From positions 248,001 through 312,000 of the forward strand of contig OZ025738.1 of assembly GCA_964019335.1 (NCBI GenBank): 64,000 nt of DNA, read 5' to 3'. The notes beneath the pieces were generated by a model. The model was given only the letters and a program-made list of their open reading frames with translations, did no database searches and had not been told where the DNA came from. A program made the position numbers and the translations under genes. This stretch comes from Diplonema japonicum. Its lineage: Eukaryota; Protista; Euglenozoa: Diplonemea. Positions within the stretch are counted from its first letter, which is position 1. Each line of letters begins with the position of its first letter. Positions 34,937 through 45,237 of the stretch are shown here, piece by piece.

Positions 34937-37009
34937 TCACTGGAGCATTCCTTTCACATACGCAGGAAGAGGCAGGTACCCCGAGGCAGAGTATTGCCGG
35001 AGGAAAGGCAAGTGTGTTAGAATCCACGAACGCCACAAATCAGAGGCGAGCAAGGTGGGGATATGACCGAAAACCGTGAGACCGAACCGGGCACGGGTAA
35101 GCGAAACATTGATACGACAGGGATCAGACACAAAACCAACTCCAGATGTTCGCACTAAAGAGAGCGCTATGATATCCTTCTCACGTCCTTGGAAGCCGTC
35201 GACCGACTTGACTTCAACGTCCCTGCTGAGATGGTAGGGCAACGACCTTGAAAGCAACGATCGTATCGCTGCTACCTGCGCAGCATAAGGGGTGATCACT
35301 CCGATAGACAACTGTGGCGACACCTGCCTCGCACGGCATACCATATCCACAACAGCCTTTGCTTCCTCCATATTGCTAAACGACGTCCCATCACTAAACT
35401 GATCGCTCTCACAGTGCAGAAAAGAAACTGGAGCATCCAAAGGAAGCGTTCCTGGTATGGTTTGCCGGTCTGCAGGGGACACCGCGTCAGATATGCGGCC
35501 TTGATAGAAAGTGTTGTTGCTAAAGTGCGAGATGGCAGGGTGCATGCGGTACTGATGCGTGAGAAGGTACGGTTCCACTATTTTCTCGCGAGCAATTCTG
35601 GAGAAGAGTGGCGTTCCGTACCCCTGAAGAGACGCTTCGTGCGAGGCAACGGTTGGGGGAAGCTGCTGGTGGTCACCTATGAGTACCACTTGGCACGAAC
35701 CCTTCGCCATGGGGATCAGCGTAGCAGGTTCCGTAGCCTGGGTCGCCTCATCACACAAAACAAACGCGAAAGGAACCTTCGACAACGCTTTACACCCGGC
35801 CCCTACACATGTTGCACACACAACATCAACCATTGCCACAGCACGGTCGATATCTTTATACTTTGAACCAGACGATTCACCACATTCACTGATTAGGTCA
35901 TCAAGAGTGGTGACACCTTCAAATTCCCGCTTGCTAGCTGCTGCACCGAACCCAACTCTCATACACCTCAGACCAGCGTTGCTAAGCTTCTCTGTAATAT
36001 TATCCAAACCGATGTTCGACTGTGCGGTGACAAGGATGTTCCCCTTGTACTTCCGTAACCATTCGCGGATTATAGACACCGCTGTCGTGGTCTTACCGGT
36101 GCCAGGGGGTCCTTGGATTACTTCGAGTCCTTTGTTGCTGTTGAGAATTTGTAATACAGCGCCTTGTTGTGAGGTGTTCAAGTGGCGGAGGTTGTTCTCC
36201 CAGTCGAGGCCTTCGTATGTGGGTTTGAATTTTCTTTCAGGAATGGGCATTGGGTCCAAAGAACAGGGACGGTTGGTGAACAGAGCCGAAACATAGTTGG
36301 TGCCGGAGGAAGGGTGGAGGATTCCTAACGCTCCGCCCACCTTGTGCGGAAACGACAGAACGAGGTCGGTACCCTTAATGTCAATTGATGTTTTTGGAGG
36401 CTGCCTACCTTGCGCGGCCTCGTTGGCAAGAGTGGTGGTGAGCAGCCCGTTCAAAACAGTAAGCATACGTTCAGTTGGTACCCTCAACGCACCGCTATCG
36501 AACCGGAACACACTGGACACCGGAAATACCCCGGAAATTACAATTTCAGAAAGAGTCACCAAAACAGGATCCTGTTTCTGGGTCACTTTTCTATCAGATG
36601 TACACGGTCGTAGGCCGATCGGTGTAACGTAGATAATCGATCTTCCTGAAGTGAGGTCGTTGAACAACGCCTGGTCCATCATTCTTGGTATGGTAAACGT
36701 GCTTTGGTTCTTTTTACGGTCTGTTTTAATGCACTCCGCCACTACATGGGGGATGTTAGCCCCGGAGTCGATCAGCGACTCCTTCGCCGATCTTGAGAAT
36801 AGAAAGTCCATCAGCACAAGGTCCTTCTGCCGCTGTACGTATCCAACCACTAAGTGGAATTCTTCCGATGCTTCTGTGCGGATTCCTCCCCCGCTTTGTG
36901 CTTGCTTCGCCATGGCCTTGCGGTGCCTGGTTCCATTTACATGCTTGCTGTAAGCAGCTTCTGAGCTTATCTTTACTTCACATATGTGGCAGTATTCGGG
37001 GTGTGACAT
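34937..37009 (-). CDS. UPF1/DNA2-like superfamily-1 helicase with N-terminal U1-type zinc finger
   Basis: CHIC..HVNGTRH; QGPPGTGKT; DEATQ; GDHQQLPP; QYRMHP; ITPY; SVDGFQGREKD; NVSLTRAR. Confidence 0.93.
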   Translation of the reverse strand: MSHPEYCHICEVKISSEAAYSKHVNGTRHRKAMAKQAQSGGGIRTEASEEFHLVVGYVQRQKDLVLMDFLFSRSAKESLIDSGANIPHVVAECIKTDRKKNQSTFTIPRMMDQALFNDLTSGRSIIYVTPIGLRPCTSDRKVTQKQDPVLVTLSEIVISGVFPVSSVFRFDSGALRVPTERMLTVLNGLLTTTLANEAAQGRQPPKTSIDIKGTDLVLSFPHKVGGALGILHPSSGTNYVSALFTNRPCSLDPMPIPERKFKPTYEGLDWENNLRHLNTSQQGAVLQILNSNKGLEVIQGPPGTGKTTTAVSIIREWLRKYKGNILVTAQSNIGLDNITEKLSNAGLRCMRVGFGAAASKREFEGVTTLDDLISECGESSGSKYKDIDRAVAMVDVVCATCVGAGCKALSKVPFAFVLCDEATQATEPATLIPMAKGSCQVVLIGDHQQLPPTVASHEASLQGYGTPLFSRIAREKIVEPYLLTHQYRMHPAISHFSNNTFYQGRISDAVSPADRQTIPGTLPLDAPVSFLHCESDQFSDGTSFSNMEEAKAVVDMVCRARQVSPQLSIGVITPYAAQVAAIRSLLSRSLPYHLSRDVEVKSVDGFQGREKDIIALSLVRTSGVGFVSDPCRINVSLTRARFGLTVFGHIPTLLASDLWRSWILTHLPFLRQYSASGYLPLPAYVKGMLQ

Positions 37010-37218
37010 TTTTTTTTTTTTTTTGATTCTTCACCCTCACACTGTTGGGGTTGTTGGGGGGAGGGGGAAGAAAAATACAAAGAAAAGAAAAAGAAAATGG
37101 AGGAAGGGAGACAATAATGGTTCAACAAAGTGGAAAAAAAAAAAAGAAATAAACAACAACAAAAAAAAAAGAAGAAAGAAAAATACAAACAAGGGAGAAA
37201 GGAGGGGGAAAAGAAAAA

Positions 37219-37593
37219 TCACTTCTGGTGAAGAACGCCCGCAACGTATGGGGAAACGTACCCAGCGGTGGGACCGCTGGGGCCCACTGGGCCTGCAGCG
37301 GAGGAAGGGCTGTAGATGGAGCGATAGTTATTCAGGTTGGCCATGCCAGTGGCATAGTCCATTCTCAGAGTGCCCAGCTCATGCTCTTGCGCTGCAGCAA
37401 GAGTAATTTTCGAGGTGGTGCTGTGGCAGTCAGCGTACTGCAGCGCGTCCTCGCCTGCAGTGGCCCCTTTAACCGCATCGATGCTCCCTAGCTGTCCGGT
37501 GGCCGCGGTCACATTACCGGTATGCCTGTCGAGAGTCTGCCTCTGCATGTCAACCTGCCCCTGGAAAAGTCCGCCAGCAACGTGGATTGCCAT
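37219..37593 (-). CDS. Hypothetical protein, 124 aa
   Basis: GC-rich open frame on the cluster strand with aaaATG start; no recognised domain. Confidence 0.65.
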   Translation of the reverse strand: MAIHVAGGLFQGQVDMQRQTLDRHTGNVTAATGQLGSIDAVKGATAGEDALQYADCHSTTSKITLAAAQEHELGTLRMDYATGMANLNNYRSIYSPSSAAGPVGPSGPTAGYVSPYVAGVLHQK

Positions 37594-37841
37594 TTTAGTG
37601 GTGTATTACCCTGTATGACTTTTGAAGCAGCAACAATTATAAAAAAAGAAAAATGAGAAATGTAAAAGAGGAGCACCGGTATCTTTGCTAGAAAGCTTGT
37701 AATAGTGAACCTTTTCTTTCTTTTTTTTTTTTTTTTGTTCTGTTTTCTTTTGTTTTTTTTTTTTTTTTGTTAAATTTTTAGCATTGTCGAGACCTAAAAA
37801 AAACTACCGCTCGTGCGCACAAAACAAATGAATGCGCCAAA

Positions 37842-39344
37842 CTAGTTCTTTTTCAGCAATCTGCGAACCGTTTCCGTCTGTGCGAGGTTGTAAGGGGTTT
37901 GACCGTCGTTGTCTTTTGCGCAGACGTCGGCACCGCCGTGTAAAAGCGCTTCCACTGTGCTGAGGCGCGACGCAGCGGATGCTAGGTGAAGGGGCGTGCT
38001 GCCTGAGTTGTCTCTGGCCTGCACGTCAGCACCGTGGTTCAAAAGGAATCTTGTTGCCTCGCCCCCGCATGCCTTGTGGAGAAGCGTCTGACCCGCATCG
38101 TCTAGCACGCAAACCTCACGAAGCCTGTCGTCCCCAAGCAAGCAGCAGGCCGTATTGCTACAGAACACGTTCTTCCGGAATAAATAACGAAAAGGCGTCA
38201 ATCCGTCGCTGTCCGCGATGTTCTTGTCCACACCCACCTCAAGCAAACTTTGAATAAAGCACAGCGTCTCTCTCGACCCTACTGCAAGATGCAGCAACGT
38301 GCGGCCCTTATTGTCCTGATGGTTCAACCAAATCGTGTCCTTATGAATGTACTCTATGAATCGAGAGACCATGCTGTTCTTGCCCAACCGAAGGGCAAGG
38401 TGTAAAGGCGTGAACCCGTTGTTGTCTACGGTACCCGCATCGCAGCCGTTGTCAAGGAGAAAGGAGACCCAATGACGGGGGGAATCGGTGCGGTGCCAAT
38501 TCGAAAGATCAGACACCGCAGTGTGCAGCAGCGAACGGTGGACGGGGCACGCCATTGTGTAAACATCTGCCCCGTGACGAATCAGCAGCAACGCCGTCTT
38601 TGCTTTTGGTTCGTCAAAACTAGTGGTGAGTATGTGGTGTAGCGGTGTCATGCCCTGCTTATCCTTCACGTCGATGGTGGCATTGTGCTGGATGAGAATC
38701 AACGCGCAATTTGGCTGCGCAGCGTAGTGCAACGGGGTCTTGTTCATGTAATCCATAGAATTGACATCTGCCCCGTGATGGAGCAGAACCTTCATCGTTT
38801 CTTGTCTTGTCCATTCTGTAGCGCTGTGAAGCAGTGTTTCCCCGAAAGGCTGTATCCGGTAGTTGACATCTACGCCGGTGTGAGCAAGCAGCATTTCAAT
38901 GTTCGCAAGGCTATCGGCGGTCTCGGGATCCTTCACGTAGTGGGCCATTAGCTCGCCGACGTCTTCGGTGTCTTCGCATCGCCCTGCTTTTATCATCAAG
39001 CTTAGGAAGTTGTGTGTGTTGAAAGCGAAGAGCTTGAAGCTTTGCAGGTCAGGTTCGTGGCCCAGTTGTTCGACCAGTCTTCTGCGTGCTTCATGTTTAG
39101 CGTCTGGTGTGACTAGTAGCATGCTCTGGTCCTCGAGAGGAAGCTCCCCAACCACCCTCCCGTCGTCCTCGCCGCCTACTTTCTCCCCGTCAAATATTAG
39201 GGTGAAGCTTTCTGTGCAGAACCCTGACAATGATGCGATCTTTGACTTCACCGTTCTCATCTCCTCTTTGTAACCCGCATCGATGCAGACCGTTTCAGAA
39301 GAAGGGAGGACTGCCTGTAAGCACACTGTTGCCTCCTGTGACAT
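37842..39344 (-). CDS. UBL-ankyrin repeat protein, 500 aa
   Basis: N-terminal ubiquitin-like fold (CLQAVLPSSETVCID..FTLIFDGEKV); about 9 ankyrin repeats (GETLLH, KTPLH, GMTPLH, GFTPLH, GSTPLH). Confidence 0.9.
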   Translation of the reverse strand: MSQEATVCLQAVLPSSETVCIDAGYKEEMRTVKSKIASLSGFCTESFTLIFDGEKVGGEDDGRVVGELPLEDQSMLLVTPDAKHEARRRLVEQLGHEPDLQSFKLFAFNTHNFLSLMIKAGRCEDTEDVGELMAHYVKDPETADSLANIEMLLAHTGVDVNYRIQPFGETLLHSATEWTRQETMKVLLHHGADVNSMDYMNKTPLHYAAQPNCALILIQHNATIDVKDKQGMTPLHHILTTSFDEPKAKTALLLIRHGADVYTMACPVHRSLLHTAVSDLSNWHRTDSPRHWVSFLLDNGCDAGTVDNNGFTPLHLALRLGKNSMVSRFIEYIHKDTIWLNHQDNKGRTLLHLAVGSRETLCFIQSLLEVGVDKNIADSDGLTPFRYLFRKNVFCSNTACCLLGDDRLREVCVLDDAGQTLLHKACGGEATRFLLNHGADVQARDNSGSTPLHLASAASRLSTVEALLHGGADVCAKDNDGQTPYNLAQTETVRRLLKKN

Positions 39345-39459
39345 CGGGAGGGGGGGGGGGGGGGGGGGGTTTCGTTCCTTTTTCTTTTCTTCCAAGGTAA
39401 TAAAAGGTAGCACCCCCGACGCAGGAGTGGAAAACATTTTATTTAAAAAGAGACAATTT

Positions 39460-39835
39460 AGTCGAAAAGTAGGCGGTGCAGGGAAGCGAGGCCAGATGTG
39501 GAACAGGTAGGAAACAGGTGCGAGGAACATGTATGATGAAGAGGAGCCATCTTCTTCGCAATGATGACCACACAGGACAGGAAGACGCTGTGCATGGAGG
39601 CGGCCCGTCGTATCACAGGGTGCGTCAAAAACACCTCCACCTCAGCCGTCATGTGCGAAACCCGCTTGCGCCCCCTCGACCTGATGGCCGATGCAGCATC
39701 CGCTGTCCTACGGCAGAGGGCGCTAAGATGGGAAGGGACAGGTGCAGAGAGTTGCGCAGGGTTTCCACGGCGGAGGACGCTCTGCAGGAGATTCGGAAGT
39801 GTCTCGGAGTTTTCGGTTTGGGCTGGGAGTGTTTC
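39460..39835 (+). mobile_element. ingi-like LINE fragment (post-RT region)
   Basis: EAARRITGCVKNTSTSAVMCETRLRPL matches the I/ingi post-RT motif. Confidence 0.7.
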
Positions 39836-39847
39836 CAAAAAATAATA

Positions 39848-39915
39848 AAACTATTCTTTTAAGGTATGCGTTTTTTGCGCTCACCGGCCGCGCCGTACTT
39901 AGTCCCCGTTGTCCC
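39848..39915 (+). repeat. Short repeat family D (also ~44939-44985 and ~60690-60742)
   Basis: actattcttttaaggtatgcgtttttgcgctcaccggccg. Confidence 0.85.
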
Positions 39916-39996
39916 CGTTCTCGGGTGCTCTGGCGGGTTCCTAATAAAAAAAAAAAAAACTACTAGTGGCGATTTGGGAACAAAAAGCGGGAAACT

Positions 39997-40635
39997 TCAA
40001 GAAAGCTCTACTCCATGGTCAATAAGCAGTGACCTGACTGTTGGCAGCAGCCCATGGGGGAGCTGAACCGCGTAGTCCAACCACTTCTCATCCACACTCA
40101 GCGTGTCCACCACACAGTGGGTGAGGATAGCCTTCATGCAACCAGTCATTCCAATCTTCGTCACTAAATGAAACAGTTTGTTTATTTCGTGTTCTTTAAG
40201 CAGCCCCCCTTGAGCCATGGTAGTCACTACTGCAAGGTTTGACTCATCCATTTCCGATTCAGTAAAACTATGTCTGCAGAAAAAAAGGGCTTCATAATCT
40301 GCTTCGAGGTCTTCTGTAACAATGCTATACGCATCTTCAGGGGATGCGTAGCCCAGTTGTTCGACCAGTCTTCTGCGTGCTTCATGTTTAGCGTCTGGTG
40401 TGACTAGTAGCATGCTCTGGTCCTCGAGAGGAAGCTCCCCAACCACCCTCCCGTCGTCCTCGCCGCCTACTTTCTCCCCGTCAAATATTAGGGTGAAGCT
40501 TTCTGTGCAGAACCCTGACAATGATGCGATCTTTGACTTCACCGTTCTCATCTCCTCTTTGTAACCCGCATCGATGCAGACCGTTTCAGAAGAAGGGAGG
40601 ACTGCCTGTAAGCACACTGTTGCCTCCTGTGACAT
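39997..40635 (-). CDS. UBL + degenerate ankyrin protein, 212 aa
   Basis: First 285 nt appear identical to the neighbouring UBL-ankyrin gene; different C-terminus ending VRSLLIDHGVEL. Confidence 0.8.
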   Translation of the reverse strand: MSQEATVCLQAVLPSSETVCIDAGYKEEMRTVKSKIASLSGFCTESFTLIFDGEKVGGEDDGRVVGELPLEDQSMLLVTPDAKHEARRRLVEQLGYASPEDAYSIVTEDLEADYEALFFCRHSFTESEMDESNLAVVTTMAQGGLLKEHEINKLFHLVTKIGMTGCMKAILTHCVVDTLSVDEKWLDYAVQLPHGLLPTVRSLLIDHGVELS

Positions 40636-41040
40636 ATCAAATACCTGTTTCCCCCCCCCCCTTTTTTTTGTTTTGTTTTGTTTTGTTGTCGAATCTCAAA
40701 AAAGAAAAAAAAGAAAAAAAATAAGAAAGGCTGCGCTTCAACAGAAAATTGTCGTGTAGTACTGACAATTCTTCTGTCGTATATATATAGATGTTAAAGG
40801 GAAAACTCCACTTGAGGAACTAGGGGTGGGTGTGGGTGGGGGGGGGGGGGGGGGGGGGGGATGGCGGAATCCGTCTTGATATTCTCTGAATAATAACAGT
40901 AGAACTGGCCGGCGTGCACGCACGGCGTGCGGGGTAGAGGCCTGTCTGACCCTGTTCTGTGGGAGAAGGGAGAAAATATAGTGCACAAACAAAAAAACGA
41001 AGAAAAAAAAAAAACACATGCGAAAAAGAAACCCGATGAT

Positions 41041-41285
41041 TTAAAGGAAGCCGGAGGGCGCACCTCGGCCTAGCTGTAGCTTCTTCTTCCGCGTCGTGTC
41101 CTTAATGCGTGCGGGTACAGCTCAACCCCAGCCGGGGCGCCCCGGGTAACCAAGATTCTGAGCCCGTGCAGTTTGCTGCCTGTTCGCCACCCAGAGCATC
41201 TGCTTCCCACTTGGGCGCTAGGGAGGTCAACAGCGAACAACACATCTGATGTACTTCTTTATATTTCCATGTTATCCCCACTGAA
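41041..41285 (+). repeat. Repeat family B copy
   Basis: Homologous to the reverse complement of 24246-24570. Confidence 0.9.
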
Positions 41286-41400
41286 AAGAAAAAAAAAAAG
41301 AAAAAAAAAAACCTGCCCCCCCCATAGCCAGCAGGCTATGCCCGCTTCCCAATCCCTTTTTTTTTTTTTTTTTTTTTTGGTGTTATAAACTTATTTTATT

Positions 41401-42333
41401 TTACCCCTCAAACATGGAGAAATGCTTCTCCAAATGAACAAACGTAGAAGCCGGGTCCATCTCCCAGAAAAGATGGCCCTGTCGCGGGAGGATTGCCAAT
41501 GAAGACCCAGGTATGCTGGCCCTCAAAGAGAGGCTGTGCGAGTACGGGATAATCCTGTCCCTGTCCCCGGTAATCACCATTGTAGGTGTCGTAATATGAG
41601 GGACTTGGTGCAACATACCCACTTCGAGAAAGTTCAAAAGCGCCGCTTCTTGAGATTTGGCTGAGGCAGGGTCGGTGTTGGTACCCATACGTTTTACCTC
41701 AGATTCTTCGTATTGATCGAGAAGCTCTTGAAATGCTTTGGGGTGAGCTGCGATCCAGTCCTCGGTGAAGCTGAATCCGAATAATTCTCGCATGTAAATT
41801 CCACGCTCTGCCGGGTCCTGAGGAATGGGCTGCATTGCCATTTCTCGATACCGTTTGGGAACTTCAAGATTGTAACGTGACTCAGCATAAGTACATCCAA
41901 GTGTTAAAGATGCCAGCATATCGCTGGCGAAGAGGGCGACCTTCATGGCTATACACCCGCCCATGGATACACCAACTAAATGGAATCTTTTCGAGGTTTG
42001 GTTTTGCTCTTTTTTCATGACCTCCACGCAGTCCTTTGCCATGTCTGCGAGCTCGAAGTGGAAGCCGGGTTTTTCGCTTTCTCCCGAACCGCGATTGTCC
42101 AAAGTGATCACTTTTCTTCCGGTGGCTGCCAGGCCCTCTGCGAGGCGGACCGAATCGTCCTTTGTCATGCCCAGCCCTCGAATGACCACCACAGGAGACA
42201 GATTCTGTGTTGCCCCAACCGGTTCCACCACGCGGTAGCATATCAAAACCCCTTGGTGGCCTACTGCCGTCTCGTCCCTGCAGCGGAAAACGGGTTTCTT
42301 AAGATGCGATTCGAGCGTTGCGAGGCGGTTCAT
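41401..42333 (-). CDS. Alpha/beta-fold hydrolase with PTS2-like N-terminus, 310 aa
   Basis: DNRGSG, GVSMG nucleophile elbow, GDRD, QGH; MNRLATLESHL. Confidence 0.92.
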   Translation of the reverse strand: MNRLATLESHLKKPVFRCRDETAVGHQGVLICYRVVEPVGATQNLSPVVVIRGLGMTKDDSVRLAEGLAATGRKVITLDNRGSGESEKPGFHFELADMAKDCVEVMKKEQNQTSKRFHLVGVSMGGCIAMKVALFASDMLASLTLGCTYAESRYNLEVPKRYREMAMQPIPQDPAERGIYMRELFGFSFTEDWIAAHPKAFQELLDQYEESEVKRMGTNTDPASAKSQEAALLNFLEVGMLHQVPHITTPTMVITGDRDRIIPYSHSLSLRASIPGSSLAILPRQGHLFWEMDPASTFVHLEKHFSMFEG

Positions 42334-42509
42334 TTTTTTTTTTTTTTTTTTTTTTCCTCTTTTTTCTTTTTTTTTTAAAATTCTGTGTGAGCTCCAAGTA
42401 TAATAGAAAAAAAAGAAAAGGGAAAAAAAAAACAAGCATCTGGGGGGGGGGGGGGTAAAAACACAGACTCCTCTCGTTCAAGTGGCAACACACGAAAAAA
42501 TGTTGTTCC

Positions 42510-42540
<31 letters not shown>

Positions 42541-42546
<6 letters not shown>

Positions 42547-42678
42547 CGGAACAACTAAACAAAATTTTGAAAAAAGAATTGTTATTGCAAAAAAAGAAAA
42601 AAAAGAGTAGAGGCAGCATTGTCCGTTTATCCCTACTGTGGGTGAAAAGGGCTTTGCACAAACATTATCGGCCGACTC
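42541..42678 (+). repeat. Repeat family A copy
   Basis: Same consensus as 12632-12748. Confidence 0.9.
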
Positions 42679-42966
42679 TTTTTTTTTTGTTTTTTTTTTT
42701 TTTCTTTCGCTCGAAAAAAAGACAGAAATAAAAAAGAAAAAAAAAACTGTCCGATAAATCCGATAATTCCGTATTTTCTTGAAAGAACCTTGAACCCCGT
42801 GGTTTTTTCGCTTTTACAGTAAAAAAGACTCAAAAAAAAAAAAGAAGAAGAAATAAAAGTTTAGTACTAAAAAAAATAATAATAAAAAAAGAAAAACCTA
42901 CAAAAAAAAAAAAAAGGGAATTGCGATAATAAAGACTTCTTTTCGATAACTACAATAACAAAAGTG

Positions 42967-43011
<45 letters not shown>

Positions 43012-43019
43012 CTTTTTAA

Positions 43020-44303
43020 CCATCTACCAACGAGCGTCTTTATAGAGACGATTTGAAAAAAAATCTTTTGCGCAAAGGGCTTTCAATGCGATACAGCCTG
43101 GACACTTCTCGCATCCGGGGTCCTGCGCGGAAAATATGAAAAATATAAACTAAATGCTGTGTTTCCCTGGATCTCGATGCTGCTTCTCTGCATACCTTCC
43201 TAGGTGCCCTTTTGTCGATGGACTTGGATATCAAGGGGGGGGGATCTGGGTACGCCACCGTCACGTCAAGAGACCGCTTTTTGACTATTCTGGGAAATCT
43301 GTGTTTCCACAGCGAAACAAACAAGCGTGCTGACTCTCTACCTATCGCGAAGGCCTCCCGGAGATCACGGATGCCCCAAAGAAGCGAGGCCGCAAGCCCA
43401 AGGACGCGCACCCTGTGGGGACACCCAGTTCCACCAGCACGTGAGCACAACGTGGCATGACATCAAGCCTGTGCGCTTTCTGTCGACGTTGGATGTTCTG
43501 GTGAAGTCAAATTTGGCGTGTTGGCCAAAAGAGAATGAAAGCCGGAGGCCCTCCAGAAAGGACACCAAGTGCATATTTACAACACCGCAATGGGCGGAAC
43601 CGACGCTGGGTGATGCTGTGACAAAACGCCATAAACGCACCCTTATGACTTCGAAGTGGCCCCTGAAAGTATTTTCGTACTTGTTAGATAAATCTCTGGC
43701 AAATGCCCGGCTTGTTTGGAAAGAAGCGTGCCCCCCAACACCCTGAGTACGAACGACAGTGGATTCACGCCTTTCAAAGAGGCAGTCATCGAAGGGCTAC
43801 TAGGGAGGCTGCCCAAACAACAGCTAAAGTCAACTACAGAGCAGGCTGCCCCAATACCATGCCCCGAAACATTGCAAGTCGAAAAGACCCCTATTTCAGT
43901 GTTCAGCCTGCTTGGTACAACTTTGCGTGACTCCGGGCTTCAAAGACTACCACCTTGCCGGGGATACCCCCCAGAAACCCCTCTCGGGGTCAAAAAAGAA
44001 GTCCCCCAGCCCTGGGGCACGTACGAACCGCGTCAAGAAGGCCTTAAATAGCTTTTTATAGAATTTTACAGTCGATTTTTTTTTTGACTTGTTTTTTTGT
44101 ACCCCCTCTCGAGCACTTCGGGAACGATATTTTTGACAATGTTGTGGGGGTGGGCCCTGCTGTGGGCACTCTCTCTCTAGAATAGGGACATCTGGAGGCA
44201 TTTCCGGGGCATATAGCCCCAGCGTTGCGCTAGAATAGTTTTTTCTTTTTGAAGTTTTGAAAATTTACCCCCTGGTGGGCAAAAATGGTCCGTTGGTAGA
44301 TGG
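43020..44303 (+). mobile_element. piggyBac deletion derivative
   Basis: TTAA at 43016-43019 and 44304-44307; 13-bp TIR CCATCTACCAACG; transposase remnants WHDIKPVRFLST and KWPLKVFSYLLDKSLANA. Confidence 0.92.
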
Positions 44304-44818
44304 TTAATGTGCTCTCTCCCAGAACCTTCTGAACCCATAATCTTTGATTTTCTCGTTTCAGGGGTTTGTGACGTGAGAGCCATTTGAAGAACATCTCTCG
44401 ATTCTGAGTAGGCTATTCAATTTAAAAAAAAAAAAAAAATCACACACGGCGTTTCTTTTTCCACCGACACCACGAACCATAATTTTTCATTAGAAAATAA
44501 AGGTTGCTGAGTTGTGGTGCAAAAAAAAAGAGATCCAAATCTTTCCTTTTGTCGTGTTTTACTTAGTTTTCTTTTTTTTTCTTTTTTTCTTTTAAAAAAA
44601 AAAGAACTAAAGGAGATGAATTGTTTTCCTGTTTTTTCTTCTTCTTCCCCCTCCCCCTTTTTTTCTTCTTCTTTCTCTCCTCTTGCCTTCGCTATTCCCG
44701 CAATACGGCAAATCAATCGCAAGAGGGCATTTTTTTTTTTTTTTTTTTTCCCCAGGTATTATCTTAAAAAGAAAAAAGAAATTACACTTAGAATTCAATT
44801 TTTGAGCACACATAAGGT

Positions 44819-44853
<35 letters not shown>

Positions 44854-44996
44854 CCTTCTCTGATATGTGCAAAAAACTGAACGATAAAAAAATGAAAATA
44901 AAGACAGCAAAAACATGTTGCGAAAAAAAAAAAAAAAAAAACTATTCTTTTAAGGTATGCGTTTTTGCGCTCACCGGCCGAGCTGCGCATGTTGCG

Positions 44997-45029
<33 letters not shown>

Positions 45030-45237
45030 CAGGCAGGAGAGAAGATTTAGAAGAAGAAAAAAATATAATGGGAGGGGTTTTTTTGTTTTAATTTTTTAAA
45101 ATGTTCTATTATCTTTTTAAAAAAAATTTTTTTAAAAAAAAAAAAAGGATGGGATGGGTGCGTGGGAAAAAGGGGGAAAAAAAAAAAAAAAAAAAAAAAA
45201 AGGGGAAACAAAAAAAGGAGCAATAATTACATACTCA

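Noticed and set aside
34937-37009. Bona fide UPF1 ortholog or prokaryotic defence helicase
   Set aside because: Lacks the UPF1 CH domain and the context is eukaryotic; called UPF1-like only
39848-39892. Repeat D as a spliced-leader RNA gene (contains AG-GTATGCG)
   Set aside because: Upstream sequence does not resemble a euglenozoan SL exon and the copies are not tandem
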